52,450 bases of DNA from Marine Group II euryarchaeote MED-G33 (GCA_002457195.1 NTJU01000001.1:1-52450), one strand, 5' to 3'. Shown: positions 18,613 through 28,717, counted from the first letter of the stretch. Numbers and translations are program-made. Notes: generated from the sequence alone by a model not told the origin.

Positions 18613-19002
18613 ATGTCCGAGGATGATTGTGGCGCGGCTTTCGCACTTCCCGTTGCTGAAGATGTCGAAATCGTTCCTGTCACGATTGACGTGACAGATG
18701 ATGCAATGGCTGCGATGGAAGGGGCCATGGTGAATGCCGAAGATGGCGATGTTCTTGTCGTCAGCGTACTCGGTGGCGGTTGCTCGGGATTCATGTATGA
18801 TTTACAGATCCAGAACAGACCCGATGAAGATGGGTGGCAATTCATTTCATGTGAGGGGGTTACCGTTGCAGTACACGACCGTGACAGTGTCCAATTGTCA
18901 GGCATCACTCTTGATTTCGTAAACAGTTTGATGGGGGGCGGGTTCAAAGTAATCAACCCGAATGCGCAGAAAGCCTGTAGCTGCGGGAAATCATTCCGCT
19001 GA
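18613..19002 (+). CDS. A-type iron-sulfur cluster carrier (IscA/ErpA/HesB family)
   Basis: GGGCSGFMYDL and the C-terminal NPNAQKACSCGKSF cysteine triad. Confidence 0.9.
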   Translation: MSEDDCGAAFALPVAEDVEIVPVTIDVTDDAMAAMEGAMVNAEDGDVLVVSVLGGGCSGFMYDLQIQNRPDEDGWQFISCEGVTVAVHDRDSVQLSGITLDFVNSLMGGGFKVINPNAQKACSCGKSFR

Positions 19003-20172
19003 TTAGGCTGTCTCGAACTTCTCCAGATCCGGTTTTTGTGGCGGTGTTGCATCTTCACCCTCTTGGAGTGTTGATGGTGTTCGCAACATATCTTCAAAAT
19101 CAAAAGTATCTGATTTCTCCAACCCTTCACCGTTTGATTCAAGATGATCTTTCAAAGATCTGAGGGGGTTCAATTCCATCCGATCGTGTTCCCTTGTGAA
19201 TGCATACAATACTGGGTTGTGTGATTCAACCATTTGATTTTGGAATACCATTCTAACCCGCTCAGAACGTAGGCCAAAGAATGAAATCTCAACCATAATT
19301 GCCACCGCAGCCGCACTGTAAAGAACAATCAGTACAATTCCTGCGAACCAAATCGGATCGGAGAAAATCGAACTGCTTGAGCCGATTTGGGTGAGAAATA
19401 ACTGGCGACTGAGAAGGAATAGTAGACCTAGACCAACCACTGGAGCTAGAATATCATCGACAAGACGCTCCATAGGTTGCATTCTCCTTTGGCTTGTATC
19501 TGCGAACACCAATTCACCGTGAGAGGCTGCTTTTACAATCACAATAATACTGGTTAGAATCAGGAAAAGGAGAACCGTGAAAGAAATCCCAACCCATGTC
19601 GGCAAGGGCATGTATGATACAATCAGATAGCAAAATAGGCCAAGGAAAGCAGTCGTTGGTAAACGGTGCATATGTTCGACCATCGCATCTTCATCTCGAA
19701 CACCATTGTCGAGCCTGTGGATTCCAATAATACCCCAGTGCATAATTCTCATCACGATATTCACAACCTTGGCCAGAATACCGCGGTCGATGAGTAACCA
19801 CTCCGCAGCTAGAATAAGTGGGAAAAGAAGTACGAAAATGATGGCTCCAATCAGCCCAACTAGGGGCGAAAGAATGAGTACGGGTAGAAGCATGAAATGT
19901 GGTAACTTCAATGGATGCAACACATCCATCTCGATTCGACCTTGTCGTGAAGCATCTATCGGTAGACCTCTTGCCAAGTGATCCAATTCCTGACGACGGG
20001 TTGCAAGGGGCTCGCCGGCATCGAGCACCTGCCTAACCCAGCGACGATAGCGCACATGTTCTGGCTCATTGCCAACACGATAGGTCCACCAAAATCGCAA
20101 AGGTAGGGCCAGTATTACTGGTATCAACAAAATACCTACGGCAATTAGTAGGCTTGTGAAATCCTCTGCCAC
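19003..20172 (-). CDS. hypothetical polytopic membrane protein with a His-rich loop
   Basis: At least 8 hydrophobic segments. The loop is MRIMHWGIIGIHRL...AMVEHMHRL. GTG start 41 nt downstream of sodX. Its stop directly abuts the IscA stop. Confidence 0.55.
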   Translation of the reverse strand: MAEDFTSLLIAVGILLIPVILALPLRFWWTYRVGNEPEHVRYRRWVRQVLDAGEPLATRRQELDHLARGLPIDASRQGRIEMDVLHPLKLPHFMLLPVLILSPLVGLIGAIIFVLLFPLILAAEWLLIDRGILAKVVNIVMRIMHWGIIGIHRLDNGVRDEDAMVEHMHRLPTTAFLGLFCYLIVSYMPLPTWVGISFTVLLFLILTSIIVIVKAASHGELVFADTSQRRMQPMERLVDDILAPVVGLGLLFLLSRQLFLTQIGSSSSIFSDPIWFAGIVLIVLYSAAAVAIMVEISFFGLRSERVRMVFQNQMVESHNPVLYAFTREHDRMELNPLRSLKDHLESNGEGLEKSDTFDFEDMLRTPSTLQEGEDATPPQKPDLEKFETA

Positions 20173-20213
20173 AGTCGGTATGCCTAACCATCCAGTCTTA
20201 ACTCAAGCGGAGA

Positions 20214-20492
20214 TTATTCAATGATGATGCCGATTATAGAGGAGGAAGGGATTGGTCCGAAATTGTGCGAATCCTCCGTCCCGTTTGGGTCGGGATTGTC
20301 ACCTTCAAGGAAAAATCCATTGGGCAGAATTTCCTTCACCCTTTTTACGATATGAATCTCTTTCCAAGGATGCTTGGCAATCACAATATTGCCAATTTCA
20401 GGGTTTATGTCGGTTTCAGCCTTAACGCAGTCACCATCACGCAATGTCGGCCACATACTGTCGCCGTGAATTCGGACTTGGATCGTCGTCAT
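20214..20492 (-). CDS. sodX: NiSOD maturation protease SodX (S26 signal-peptidase-like)
   Basis: GDSMWPTL (Ser) and IVKRV (Lys) dyad motifs in a small 92-aa protein lying immediately downstream of sodN. Confidence 0.8.
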   Translation of the reverse strand: MTTIQVRIHGDSMWPTLRDGDCVKAETDINPEIGNIVIAKHPWKEIHIVKRVKEILPNGFFLEGDNPDPNGTEDSHNFGPIPSSSIIGIIIE

Positions 20493-20495
20493 GAC

Positions 20496-20948
20496 TCAAC
20501 TCGCGCGAATCCAAGTGATTTCGCTTCGGCCCTTGACATTCCAGAACATGTTGTGGATGTTCTCAATGGCATCCATCAACTCTTGAGCATGCTCGGCTGA
20601 GACTTCAACCTTGCAAGCGCTGCACAACTTGGCTGCTTGCCAGAAGGTGTCGTGTAGATCGGGAATGGATTCAAGATGCTGTGGCTTGAAGAAATCAGTC
20701 CATAAAACGAGTAATTCGTCTTTGCACTTCTGCGCCTCTTCTTCTTTGATTGCTGCATAACGACTCATTGTGTTGATGTAAGCTGCAGAACTACAGTCAT
20801 TACTGTGGTTCTCTGCAAGTGTAAGCATCTTATTGGTCATTGATTGCACCGCCTCACCGGCGATTCTGGCACTGGCTGGGTCATATACGCCACAGGGCCC
20901 ATCACAATGTGCCTCAGCGTCGATTACGTTGATTGTCTCTCTCGACAT
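20496..20948 (-). CDS. sodN: nickel-containing superoxide dismutase precursor
   Basis: Ni-hook HCDGPCGVYDP (20883..20909) follows a short propeptide MSRETINVIDAEA. I prefer the start at 20948; the track start is 20981. Confidence 0.9.
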   Translation of the reverse strand: MSRETINVIDAEAHCDGPCGVYDPASARIAGEAVQSMTNKMLTLAENHSNDCSSAAYINTMSRYAAIKEEEAQKCKDELLVLWTDFFKPQHLESIPDLHDTFWQAAKLCSACKVEVSAEHAQELMDAIENIHNMFWNVKGRSEITWIRAS

Positions 20949-21017
20949 ATACTGACCCATCTGAATACCGTCTATGAACATGCGTATGTTGAAGGAGTGG
21001 ATTCACAACCCAGATTC

Positions 21018-21974
21018 ATGGCCAAGATTGCTGTGACGGATGGTATGGCTCCGGAAGCGGTCTCTAGGTTGAGGGATGCCGGCCATGAAGTTGATTTGGA
21101 ACCAGGATCGCTCAATGGATTTGATGCTGTGGTGGTTCGTTCAGCTACTAAAATGACCTCTGAAGCCATCGCAAACGCTCCAACGTTGCGCCTGATTGGA
21201 AGGGCTGGGGTAGGTGTTGACAATATCGATTTAGATGCGGCAACCAACGCTGGGATTCTCGTGTGTAATACCCCTGGTTCTTCGACACAATCCGTTGTTG
21301 AATTGACGATTGGGCATCTACTCGCTTCAACCCGCCACATACCGACAGCTGATCGAGATTTACGCAGTGGAAAATGGACCAAGAAGGTCCTCAAAGGCAC
21401 AGAGTTGTCTGGGAAAAGAATTGGTTTCATTGGGTTCGGTAGAATTGCACAAGGTGTGGGCCGGGTTGCAAAAGCCATTGGCATGGAATTACATGCATAT
21501 GATCCCTATTTGCCGGGTGAAATTGCTGCTGGACAGGATTGTACGCTACATGCCGATGTCAATGATGTATTCAAGATGTGTACACACATCGCAATCCATT
21601 GTAACCTGTCAGAGGAAACGCACCATCTAGTCAATACCGAAACATTGTCGATGATGCCTGGAATTGGCGCAGATGGAACTCTGTGTGGGAACCATTTGGT
21701 ATCTTGTGCACGTGGAGGTATTGTCAATGAAAATGACGTGCTTTTAGCTCTGGAAAACGAGACTCTAACCAGTTGCGCACTCGATGTTTTTGAGACAGAA
21801 CCTGTTGGCAATCATCCACTGCTACAACATGCTAACTTCCACGGAACGCCACATATCGGCGCTGCGACACATGAAGCCCAGAATCGGATCGGTTTCGAGA
21901 TGGCCGACTTGCTCATCGAATATTTTGCAGGGGAAGTGCCCCTCTCTGTTGTCAATCGTGCTGTACTAGACTGA
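21018..21974 (+). CDS. D-isomer-specific 2-hydroxyacid dehydrogenase (short SerA-like phosphoglycerate dehydrogenase)
   Basis: MAKIAVTD start at 21018. GRAGVGVDNIDL, GFIGFGRIAQ (NAD fold), and PHIGAAT catalytic His region. The longer track ORF would overlap sodN. Confidence 0.85.
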   Translation: MAKIAVTDGMAPEAVSRLRDAGHEVDLEPGSLNGFDAVVVRSATKMTSEAIANAPTLRLIGRAGVGVDNIDLDAATNAGILVCNTPGSSTQSVVELTIGHLLASTRHIPTADRDLRSGKWTKKVLKGTELSGKRIGFIGFGRIAQGVGRVAKAIGMELHAYDPYLPGEIAAGQDCTLHADVNDVFKMCTHIAIHCNLSEETHHLVNTETLSMMPGIGADGTLCGNHLVSCARGGIVNENDVLLALENETLTSCALDVFETEPVGNHPLLQHANFHGTPHIGAATHEAQNRIGFEMADLLIEYFAGEVPLSVVNRAVLD

Positions 21975-22008
21975 AGAGTTCTTGAGCCATCGATTTTCAT
22001 TCGACTGT

Positions 22009-23118
22009 ATGCGGGAGCGTATCTTGATCCATTGTGACCTTGATGCGTTCTATGCTTCTGTAGAAACTCTGCATCACAATTTGGATCCAAACATCCCTCT
22101 AATCATCGGTAGCGACCCCAAAAATGGTCAAGGTCGAGGAATTGTTTCCACCTGTAATTATGCGGCGAGAGAATTTGGAGTTCGCAGTGCAATGCCAATA
22201 TCCGAAGCATGGAGACGATGTCCTGGTAAACCACTGGGAAATGCGCTTTACCACCGCGGTGCACATCGATTATACCGTCGTGCATCTAATCGCGTGATGG
22301 CGATATTATCGGAACATGCCGATAAGTTTGAACAAGCAAGTATCGATGAAGCCTATCTTGATGTTACAGAATTTTGTGAAGGAGATTGGGGTCAGGCAGA
22401 AAGTCTCTGTAGAAATTTACAGAATTTGATTATGGATGATATATCATTGAGCGCTTCATTCGGAATCGGACCGACTAGAGTTGCTGCAAAAATGGCAAGT
22501 GAAGCTAGGAAACCAGGTGGGATTTTTCTAGTGCCACCAGGGGGTTTGCAGGAATTCTTCTCATCCCACCCTTGTAGGGCAGTCCCGGGTATCGGGCCCA
22601 AAGCCGCACAACTTCTGGGAGAACTTGGCATCATGGATTTATCCGATGCCTATCGAGAAGGGCCAGATCTAATTACGGATGCTGTCGGTATTCGAAGGGC
22701 ACAATCTTTGTGGAAAATTTTGGAAGGAGAGTCCTCCAATGAGGTTAGCATATTGCGGTCTAGGAAAAGTATAGGGAAAGAAAGAACATTTTCCAGAGAT
22801 ATCCTAGACACTGATACAGTTTTTGAAATGTTGAATTCACTAATCGAGCAGGTGACACGCAAATTACGAAGTCTAGAAATTACATCTAGAAATGTCGAAG
22901 TCAAAATCCGATACCGAGGTTTTGAAACGGTTTCTCATGCGAAGAGTTTGGCCATTTCAATGGATGACTTGGAAACGTTCCAGAGAATCGCAGTAAGGTT
23001 GTTGGCCAATGTGTATGACACCACTCGACCTGTTCGTTTGGTCGGGTTTAGGCTCGGTGATTTGGAAGCACCACCGAACAGACAAGCAACATTGGATTCG
23101 TTTTCAGAAGAGGAATGA
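22009..23118 (+). CDS. dinB: Y-family DNA polymerase IV (DinB/Dpo4)
   Basis: ILIHCDLDAFYASVE, SIDEAYLDVT, FGIGPTRVAAKMAS, VPGIGPK. ATG at 22009. Confidence 0.85.
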   Translation: MRERILIHCDLDAFYASVETLHHNLDPNIPLIIGSDPKNGQGRGIVSTCNYAAREFGVRSAMPISEAWRRCPGKPLGNALYHRGAHRLYRRASNRVMAILSEHADKFEQASIDEAYLDVTEFCEGDWGQAESLCRNLQNLIMDDISLSASFGIGPTRVAAKMASEARKPGGIFLVPPGGLQEFFSSHPCRAVPGIGPKAAQLLGELGIMDLSDAYREGPDLITDAVGIRRAQSLWKILEGESSNEVSILRSRKSIGKERTFSRDILDTDTVFEMLNSLIEQVTRKLRSLEITSRNVEVKIRYRGFETVSHAKSLAISMDDLETFQRIAVRLLANVYDTTRPVRLVGFRLGDLEAPPNRQATLDSFSEEE

Positions 23119-23120
23119 CT

Positions 23121-25601
23121 CTACTGAAGTTTGTGCATTGCTGTCAACTCAGGTGCGAATTCAGACAAAATTTCGGGAACCGTAATCCCTTCAATCTCCG
23201 CATTTAAACTAAGGCTCAGATCTTTCTTTGCACGCCAAGTTTCGCTGTTGAAATCACACAATGCATTGGTTAACTTTCGAAGTCTTGATGCATCTTCATT
23301 ATTCTCAATTTGTGATTGTGGATAAGCACGGATATCAACGGCACTCACGCCATAGAGAGTTTCACTCAAATGGTGTGTGAAGAATGGGCAGACTGGACTA
23401 AAGATGGTGAGTAGATCTTTGACGATTCGATGGATTGTCCAAGCGGCGTTCAAATCATCTTCATAGAGCCGGCCTTTCGCCATTTCAAGCCAGTGACTTG
23501 GGAGGACATCGGTTGCAAAATTCTTGATAATCCGGGTGGCGGTGAAGATATCGACTTCTCGCCAAGCTTTCTCAACGTCCTCTAGAACTTGTGCGAACTC
23601 GGATAATATCCATCGGTCGCCGGCACAAAGGTCACTAGGGACATGTTGTAGATCTGATGGAACTGGGAATTGAGATGCAAATCGGGCCACGTTGAAGATC
23701 TTCGTCAACACACCGAAATATTTCGCTTCAATCTCTTCAGGGTTAATGTGGAAATCGTCTCCCACTTGAGCATCACATGCCTTCCACAAACGGAAGCATT
23801 CGCTACCAATTTTGTTTGCTTTCAATTGTACACTCTTGTCTGGTCCTTTGACTCGCCATGCCCCAGTTCGGCCACCAGCACCGCATTCCAGAACACTATC
23901 AGCATCGATTCCGTTACCAAGAGATTTGGACATTTTACGTCCCCATGGATCCATTCCCAAACCATCAATCCAAACATTCTGGAATCCTGGTTTATCCATC
24001 AACAGTGTACTCTTGAGCAATGTGTAATACAACCATGTCCGAACGATTTCTTTGCCTTGAGGGCGGATGCCGGTTGGAAATGCCTTCTCAAAGGTGGAGG
24101 GGTCATTGAGATATCCAGAGACAAATAAATTCGAATTGGATGAATCCATCCAGGTATCGAATACTTTCTCTTCACCAGATATGTCTCCTAGACTCTCGCG
24201 AATCTCTGAGAACAACCCCAATTCCTCACGAGTTTCACGATCCAAGACACTACTTCCTTCGGGTGGCTCTTCGCACCAGGGTTGAACATATGTCCCAGGT
24301 GGAGGGATGATCACCTTGGTCGAATCTTCGGAGTACCAGATTGGAATTTCTGTGTGATACCAGCGCCTGCGGCTAATCGGCCAATCTATGCTAACATTCT
24401 CCATCCAATCTAACAAAAACTGCTTATTGCGAGGTGGGATGAAATTGATTTCTTCTGCATGTTCGCGCATACGGTCTTGAATGTGAGTTTGTCGGACATA
24501 CCACTCTTTGAGTAGAATGATTTCAACTGGATTCTTTCCTCGTTCAGAGACGGGTACTTCTTGATCTCTAACCTCGATGTTTACAATGCGACCATCAGCC
24601 TCTAGCTGAGCGATTACAGTCTCGCGAGCATCTTTCACTTTGAGGCCGGAGAGTGGGCCTGCAATCGAAGTCATACAACCGTCTAAATCGATGGCTTGGA
24701 AAGGTGTTAAACCCATATCACGGAACACCGCGACGTCATTCTGATCTCCAAACGAACACACCATCAATATGCCAGATCCGAATTCGGATTTGACAGAGGG
24801 GTGGGTTAGAATTTCAACTTCAGTAGAACGACCTTCAACGGCGACTGGGAGGATGGCTTTCTGCCCGACGAGGTGTGAATAACGCGTGTCGTCAGGGTGG
24901 ACGACTACCACACCACAGGCACAAATCAATTCGGGGCGAGTGGTTGAAATGACCAATTCCTCACCTGTATCGGTTGACCACTTGATGTCGATTAGCTGTG
25001 TTTTCCGTTGTAGTCTTTCGACTTCAGCATCTGCAATCGTGGTTCCTTCAACAGGGTCGTAGATGTTTGGACGTAAATCTTCGATGATGTCTCCCCGCTT
25101 GAATAGGTCGACGAAAATTGCCTGTGTCACGGCACGATAATCGGGTGCATCTGTAAGATATTCTTTCGAAAAATCGCAGGACAAGCCTACACGAGAGGCC
25201 GTTTTTCTCATCGCCTGTGTAAATTCTTCAATTGTTTCTTGACATAGTTTTAGGAATTCAGCCCGATCATATGTCTTCATCTTACGACCGGTATTCTTCT
25301 CAACTGTAAATTCAATATTGATTCCATTGCGATCAACACCCCAAGGGAAGTACACCTCTTTGCCGAGCAGTCTCTGACTGCGGGCGATGACATCAATCAT
25401 ACTGTACTGAGCAACGGCACCGATGTGCCAGGTGCCACTTGGGTAAGGTGGAGGTGTATCGATTACGAAAATTTCTTTCCCACTGTCGGGTTTGAAACCA
25501 TAACGAGTATCGTATGCGGCAGCGTCCGCATAGTGCGCTTCTTGGATTCGTTTCTCGAGGTCAATCGACCAGCGTTTATCGGTTATTGTTGGCTTTGCCA
25601 T
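23121..25601 (-). CDS. valS: valine--tRNA ligase (class I), with an atypical HIGH motif
   Basis: IDTPPPYPSGTWHIGAV, ISTTRPELICACGVVVVHPDDTRY, DWPISRRRWYHTEIPIWY, DTWMDSS, KMSKSLGNGID. ATG at 25601 (MAKPTITDKRW). Confidence 0.85.
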   Translation of the reverse strand: MAKPTITDKRWSIDLEKRIQEAHYADAAAYDTRYGFKPDSGKEIFVIDTPPPYPSGTWHIGAVAQYSMIDVIARSQRLLGKEVYFPWGVDRNGINIEFTVEKNTGRKMKTYDRAEFLKLCQETIEEFTQAMRKTASRVGLSCDFSKEYLTDAPDYRAVTQAIFVDLFKRGDIIEDLRPNIYDPVEGTTIADAEVERLQRKTQLIDIKWSTDTGEELVISTTRPELICACGVVVVHPDDTRYSHLVGQKAILPVAVEGRSTEVEILTHPSVKSEFGSGILMVCSFGDQNDVAVFRDMGLTPFQAIDLDGCMTSIAGPLSGLKVKDARETVIAQLEADGRIVNIEVRDQEVPVSERGKNPVEIILLKEWYVRQTHIQDRMREHAEEINFIPPRNKQFLLDWMENVSIDWPISRRRWYHTEIPIWYSEDSTKVIIPPPGTYVQPWCEEPPEGSSVLDRETREELGLFSEIRESLGDISGEEKVFDTWMDSSNSNLFVSGYLNDPSTFEKAFPTGIRPQGKEIVRTWLYYTLLKSTLLMDKPGFQNVWIDGLGMDPWGRKMSKSLGNGIDADSVLECGAGGRTGAWRVKGPDKSVQLKANKIGSECFRLWKACDAQVGDDFHINPEEIEAKYFGVLTKIFNVARFASQFPVPSDLQHVPSDLCAGDRWILSEFAQVLEDVEKAWREVDIFTATRIIKNFATDVLPSHWLEMAKGRLYEDDLNAAWTIHRIVKDLLTIFSPVCPFFTHHLSETLYGVSAVDIRAYPQSQIENNEDASRLRKLTNALCDFNSETWRAKKDLSLSLNAEIEGITVPEILSEFAPELTAMHKLQ

Positions 25602-25741
25602 TTGGTGTCCCCACCTTGGCCCTACTGCGGTTACTTGAACAGGTCCGTCCGCGCGGTCGTGGCTCCCCGTTTTCAAGCCTCCCGTGGTCTTGGAGGCATG
25701 AGGAATTAAAGGTCGATGGCTAGGAAGGGCACCCCGGAGGG

Positions 25742-28717
25742 GTGAACGTGGACCAAGACGATGACACGAACAGTGGCAATCAAAACCGTCCTAAAGTCCA
25801 AGAGTTCAGTTCAGATGTTCGCCGTAAAATCTCTGAATTTGAAACGAAAAAGGCAGTCGATGCTCTGTTGTCTGCACCCAAGATGATTCGTAGAGAATTG
25901 CAAGAGATGTCATTCTTTGGTGCCCTCACACGCTTCCCAGCAATCACCGTTGTTCTCTGCTTGGCACTCACTGCATTTTTTGCATACCATTCTGGAATCA
26001 CTGACCAGTGGAGAGAAGATCATCAATCGATGAATGTCAATGGTGATTTGGCTGCATTCCTACCCGAGGGAAGTCAAGTTGGTTCCGATATTGCCGAAGT
26101 GGAGAAAGATTGGACCACGAATGTGATGATTATCTACGTAGAATCTGGGCAGAATAATATCACCAATCAAGCCATTTTAGATCAAATGGACCAATTAGAG
26201 CGGTTGCTGAATTACCAGGTTTCAGATGATGGTGAGGAGGACAATATCAAATATATTCTGAGCATTTCATCCGTCATTAAAGAAATCAATTCAAGTGCAC
26301 CTCGTGTAGCAAATTCATTTGTTCAGAATGCTGGAGAAGCCTGCCCTGTAGAAGGTGCTTGCAATTGGTTGGCAGAAAATGCTAGTGCGCAAATTCTGCA
26401 ATACGCTGACATCGTAGGTGGATACAGTATCCCCGAAGATCAGCAAAGAATTAACCAAATTATTGGGGAGTTACCTGAAAACGCGCGTAACAAGTTGGTC
26501 AGAGATGTTGGAAAGATTGAGAATGAAACCTTGATTTCTGAGCAAAGTGGTCATGGTTGGAATCGTGCTGTGATTATCATTGGCGTTGCTGACAACGACC
26601 TCGACATGGGTAAATTGATTGAAGACACACAAAGCGAAATCGATCGGCTAGGTGTTGAAAACAACTGGGGCATTATGGAAGAATCGAGCGACAAATGTCT
26701 CTCTGAAAAACAAGCCAACCCCGATTATCTATGCCTTCGTATGACACTGACAGGGCCAACGCCAATCACAAATGCGGTGACTGAATATACATTCATTCTG
26801 TTTTGGAAAATTTTCCCAGTCGGTGTCGTTGCTGTAGCGCTCGTTCTATTCTTATTCCATTGTGATGTCTTACAGACGGGGCGGATTCGTTGGGAACAAG
26901 GAATCAAAGTCGTCATTATCGCTGGATTGCCCACACTTTGTTCTGTATTCGCCACTCTTGGCATGATTGGATGGACGAATTATGAAGTGACGATGACTGT
27001 GATTATCGTTGGACCAATCATTCTTGCCCTGGGCGTTTCGTATGGGTTACACATTACCAACCGGTATGCTGAATCCAAAGGGACTCCCAAAGAAAAAATG
27101 GCTCTTGCCTTACAATCAACTGGGAGGGCTGTGTTTCTTTCAGCCGTCACAACTGTCATTGGTTTCGTATCGTTAATTTTGACACCGATGGCTCCGATCA
27201 AGACGGTCGGGGTTTCACTTGCAGGTGGAATTATCATTGTCTATCTGTTTACCATGGTCATGGTACCAAACTTAACGATGCTGCTAGATCTGCAAAAAAC
27301 CCCTCACCCTCCACCCAAAATTTTCGTTGCTGCTGTGCGTGCACCTATTCGTTGGAACAAAATCGTGCTATCGATATTCGTCATCTTGATGTTGTTCAGC
27401 GGTGTTGTCAGTCGAGAGAATATCGTTGAGGATGTTAACTTGCTAGAGATGGCACCACAAGATGAACCCGCTGTATCGAAGATGAAAACATATTCTGATG
27501 AATTCGAAAGTGGTCAGGTCGGGATGATTTTGGTCAAGGCTGACATTGAAGCTGAACCTGAATTTTTAACGCCGGGGAATAACGAAGGACAGAAAGATCC
27601 CTTCGAAAATATGAAGAAAATCGAGAACTTGACTGAAATGGCAAATACTGTTGATCAAACAACGGCTGTTTCCATTGCGTTTTTGATTAAATCCGTCGGT
27701 GCCTCACTGAATTTTTCAGGTTCAGACACCATTGGACAATTCTGTGCACCAATGCCTGATGTCCCCCGGGAAGTGTGTAACATCCTCTTCACACAAGAGT
27801 ACAACGGGAGTGCTACATTCTGGACTGTTCTAATGGAACTTGATCGGGACCAAACTGCTGGAACTGAAGTGCAGAGTTTCCTGATCTCGGTATTTTATGA
27901 CGGATTGACACCAGAACTGAGACACTTCTTCGTCTCAAAGGATTTTCAGCGGTCATTGATTTACATCGACATGCCATTTATGCCTGTCAAGCAGACTGAA
28001 GCTGCTGCTGCTGCAATCGATGGATATGCAGAAGACAGGGATGGCTTCGGGTTCGCCCCCAGTGCACTCATTGGCGTGGCTGCTGTAACCATTGATGTGA
28101 ACAACCTCATCGTTGACAGTCAATGGCAATCTCTTGGCTTCGCACTACTGTTTACAGTTGTCACTTTGGGATTCGTTTTCAGAGATGCCAGATATGCGGT
28201 CCTGACCACGTTACCCGTGGTGTTTACCGTCGCAATGCAATGGTATGTCATGGACCAATTCTCAGTAACTCTGTCGCTGGTCACGGTGATGATTGGCTCT
28301 ATTCTAGTCGGTGTCGGAGTAGATTTCTCAATTCACATTGCCAATCGAGTGCGTGAATTGGGAGGGAGTTTAGAGGCGATACAGGACTCCTGTGCGAGTA
28401 CCGGAATGTCACTGTTTGAAGCGTTCGTTGTCACTTCTGCTGGTCTGATGACTGCTTATCTGATCCCCATTCCTGCACTCAAGCCCTTCGTAACAGTCAT
28501 CATCATCTTGCTTGTTTTTGCTGCACTCAGTGCCCTGCTCTTACTGCCAGCAATTTATGCGTTGTTCGTCAAAGAAGGCTGGGGTCTAGCTGGTGGGAGC
28601 GATGCCATGCGGAAAAAAGCAGGTCTTGCTGGTGGTTCACAAGCTGTGGCTGCACAATTGGATGCGGCTGAATCATACGATGCTGTTCTCCTCAGTAGTG
28701 CTGACGACGCATGGTGA
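25742..28717 (+). CDS. RND-superfamily exporter (MMPL/SSD-type, two 6-TM bundles)
   Basis: Two hydrophobic blocks, each preceded by a large soluble loop. GVSYGLHITNRY and GVGVDFSIHIANRV repeat motifs. The start is uncertain (GTG at 25742, with later ATG candidates). Confidence 0.7.
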   Translation: MNVDQDDDTNSGNQNRPKVQEFSSDVRRKISEFETKKAVDALLSAPKMIRRELQEMSFFGALTRFPAITVVLCLALTAFFAYHSGITDQWREDHQSMNVNGDLAAFLPEGSQVGSDIAEVEKDWTTNVMIIYVESGQNNITNQAILDQMDQLERLLNYQVSDDGEEDNIKYILSISSVIKEINSSAPRVANSFVQNAGEACPVEGACNWLAENASAQILQYADIVGGYSIPEDQQRINQIIGELPENARNKLVRDVGKIENETLISEQSGHGWNRAVIIIGVADNDLDMGKLIEDTQSEIDRLGVENNWGIMEESSDKCLSEKQANPDYLCLRMTLTGPTPITNAVTEYTFILFWKIFPVGVVAVALVLFLFHCDVLQTGRIRWEQGIKVVIIAGLPTLCSVFATLGMIGWTNYEVTMTVIIVGPIILALGVSYGLHITNRYAESKGTPKEKMALALQSTGRAVFLSAVTTVIGFVSLILTPMAPIKTVGVSLAGGIIIVYLFTMVMVPNLTMLLDLQKTPHPPPKIFVAAVRAPIRWNKIVLSIFVILMLFSGVVSRENIVEDVNLLEMAPQDEPAVSKMKTYSDEFESGQVGMILVKADIEAEPEFLTPGNNEGQKDPFENMKKIENLTEMANTVDQTTAVSIAFLIKSVGASLNFSGSDTIGQFCAPMPDVPREVCNILFTQEYNGSATFWTVLMELDRDQTAGTEVQSFLISVFYDGLTPELRHFFVSKDFQRSLIYIDMPFMPVKQTEAAAAAIDGYAEDRDGFGFAPSALIGVAAVTIDVNNLIVDSQWQSLGFALLFTVVTLGFVFRDARYAVLTTLPVVFTVAMQWYVMDQFSVTLSLVTVMIGSILVGVGVDFSIHIANRVRELGGSLEAIQDSCASTGMSLFEAFVVTSAGLMTAYLIPIPALKPFVTVIIILLVFAALSALLLLPAIYALFVKEGWGLAGGSDAMRKKAGLAGGSQAVAAQLDAAESYDAVLLSSADDAW

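Noticed and set aside
20844-21017. N-terminal extension of the dehydrogenase ORF (and the analogous extensions at 12548..12718, 3722..3808, 50054..50131 and 25602..25676)
   Set aside because: The extensions overlap neighbouring genes or precede canonical family N-termini (MAKIAVTD, MARFLMITATSG, MSIADDEL, MDLVIVESGAK, MAKPTITDKRW). In each case the internal ATG gives the conventional protein start.
15047-23118. Possible mobile or phage-derived island, suggested by the SLOG protein and the Y-family polymerase
   Set aside because: There is no integrase, transposase, tRNA target, flanking direct repeats or visible compositional break. The genes are interleaved with housekeeping functions.
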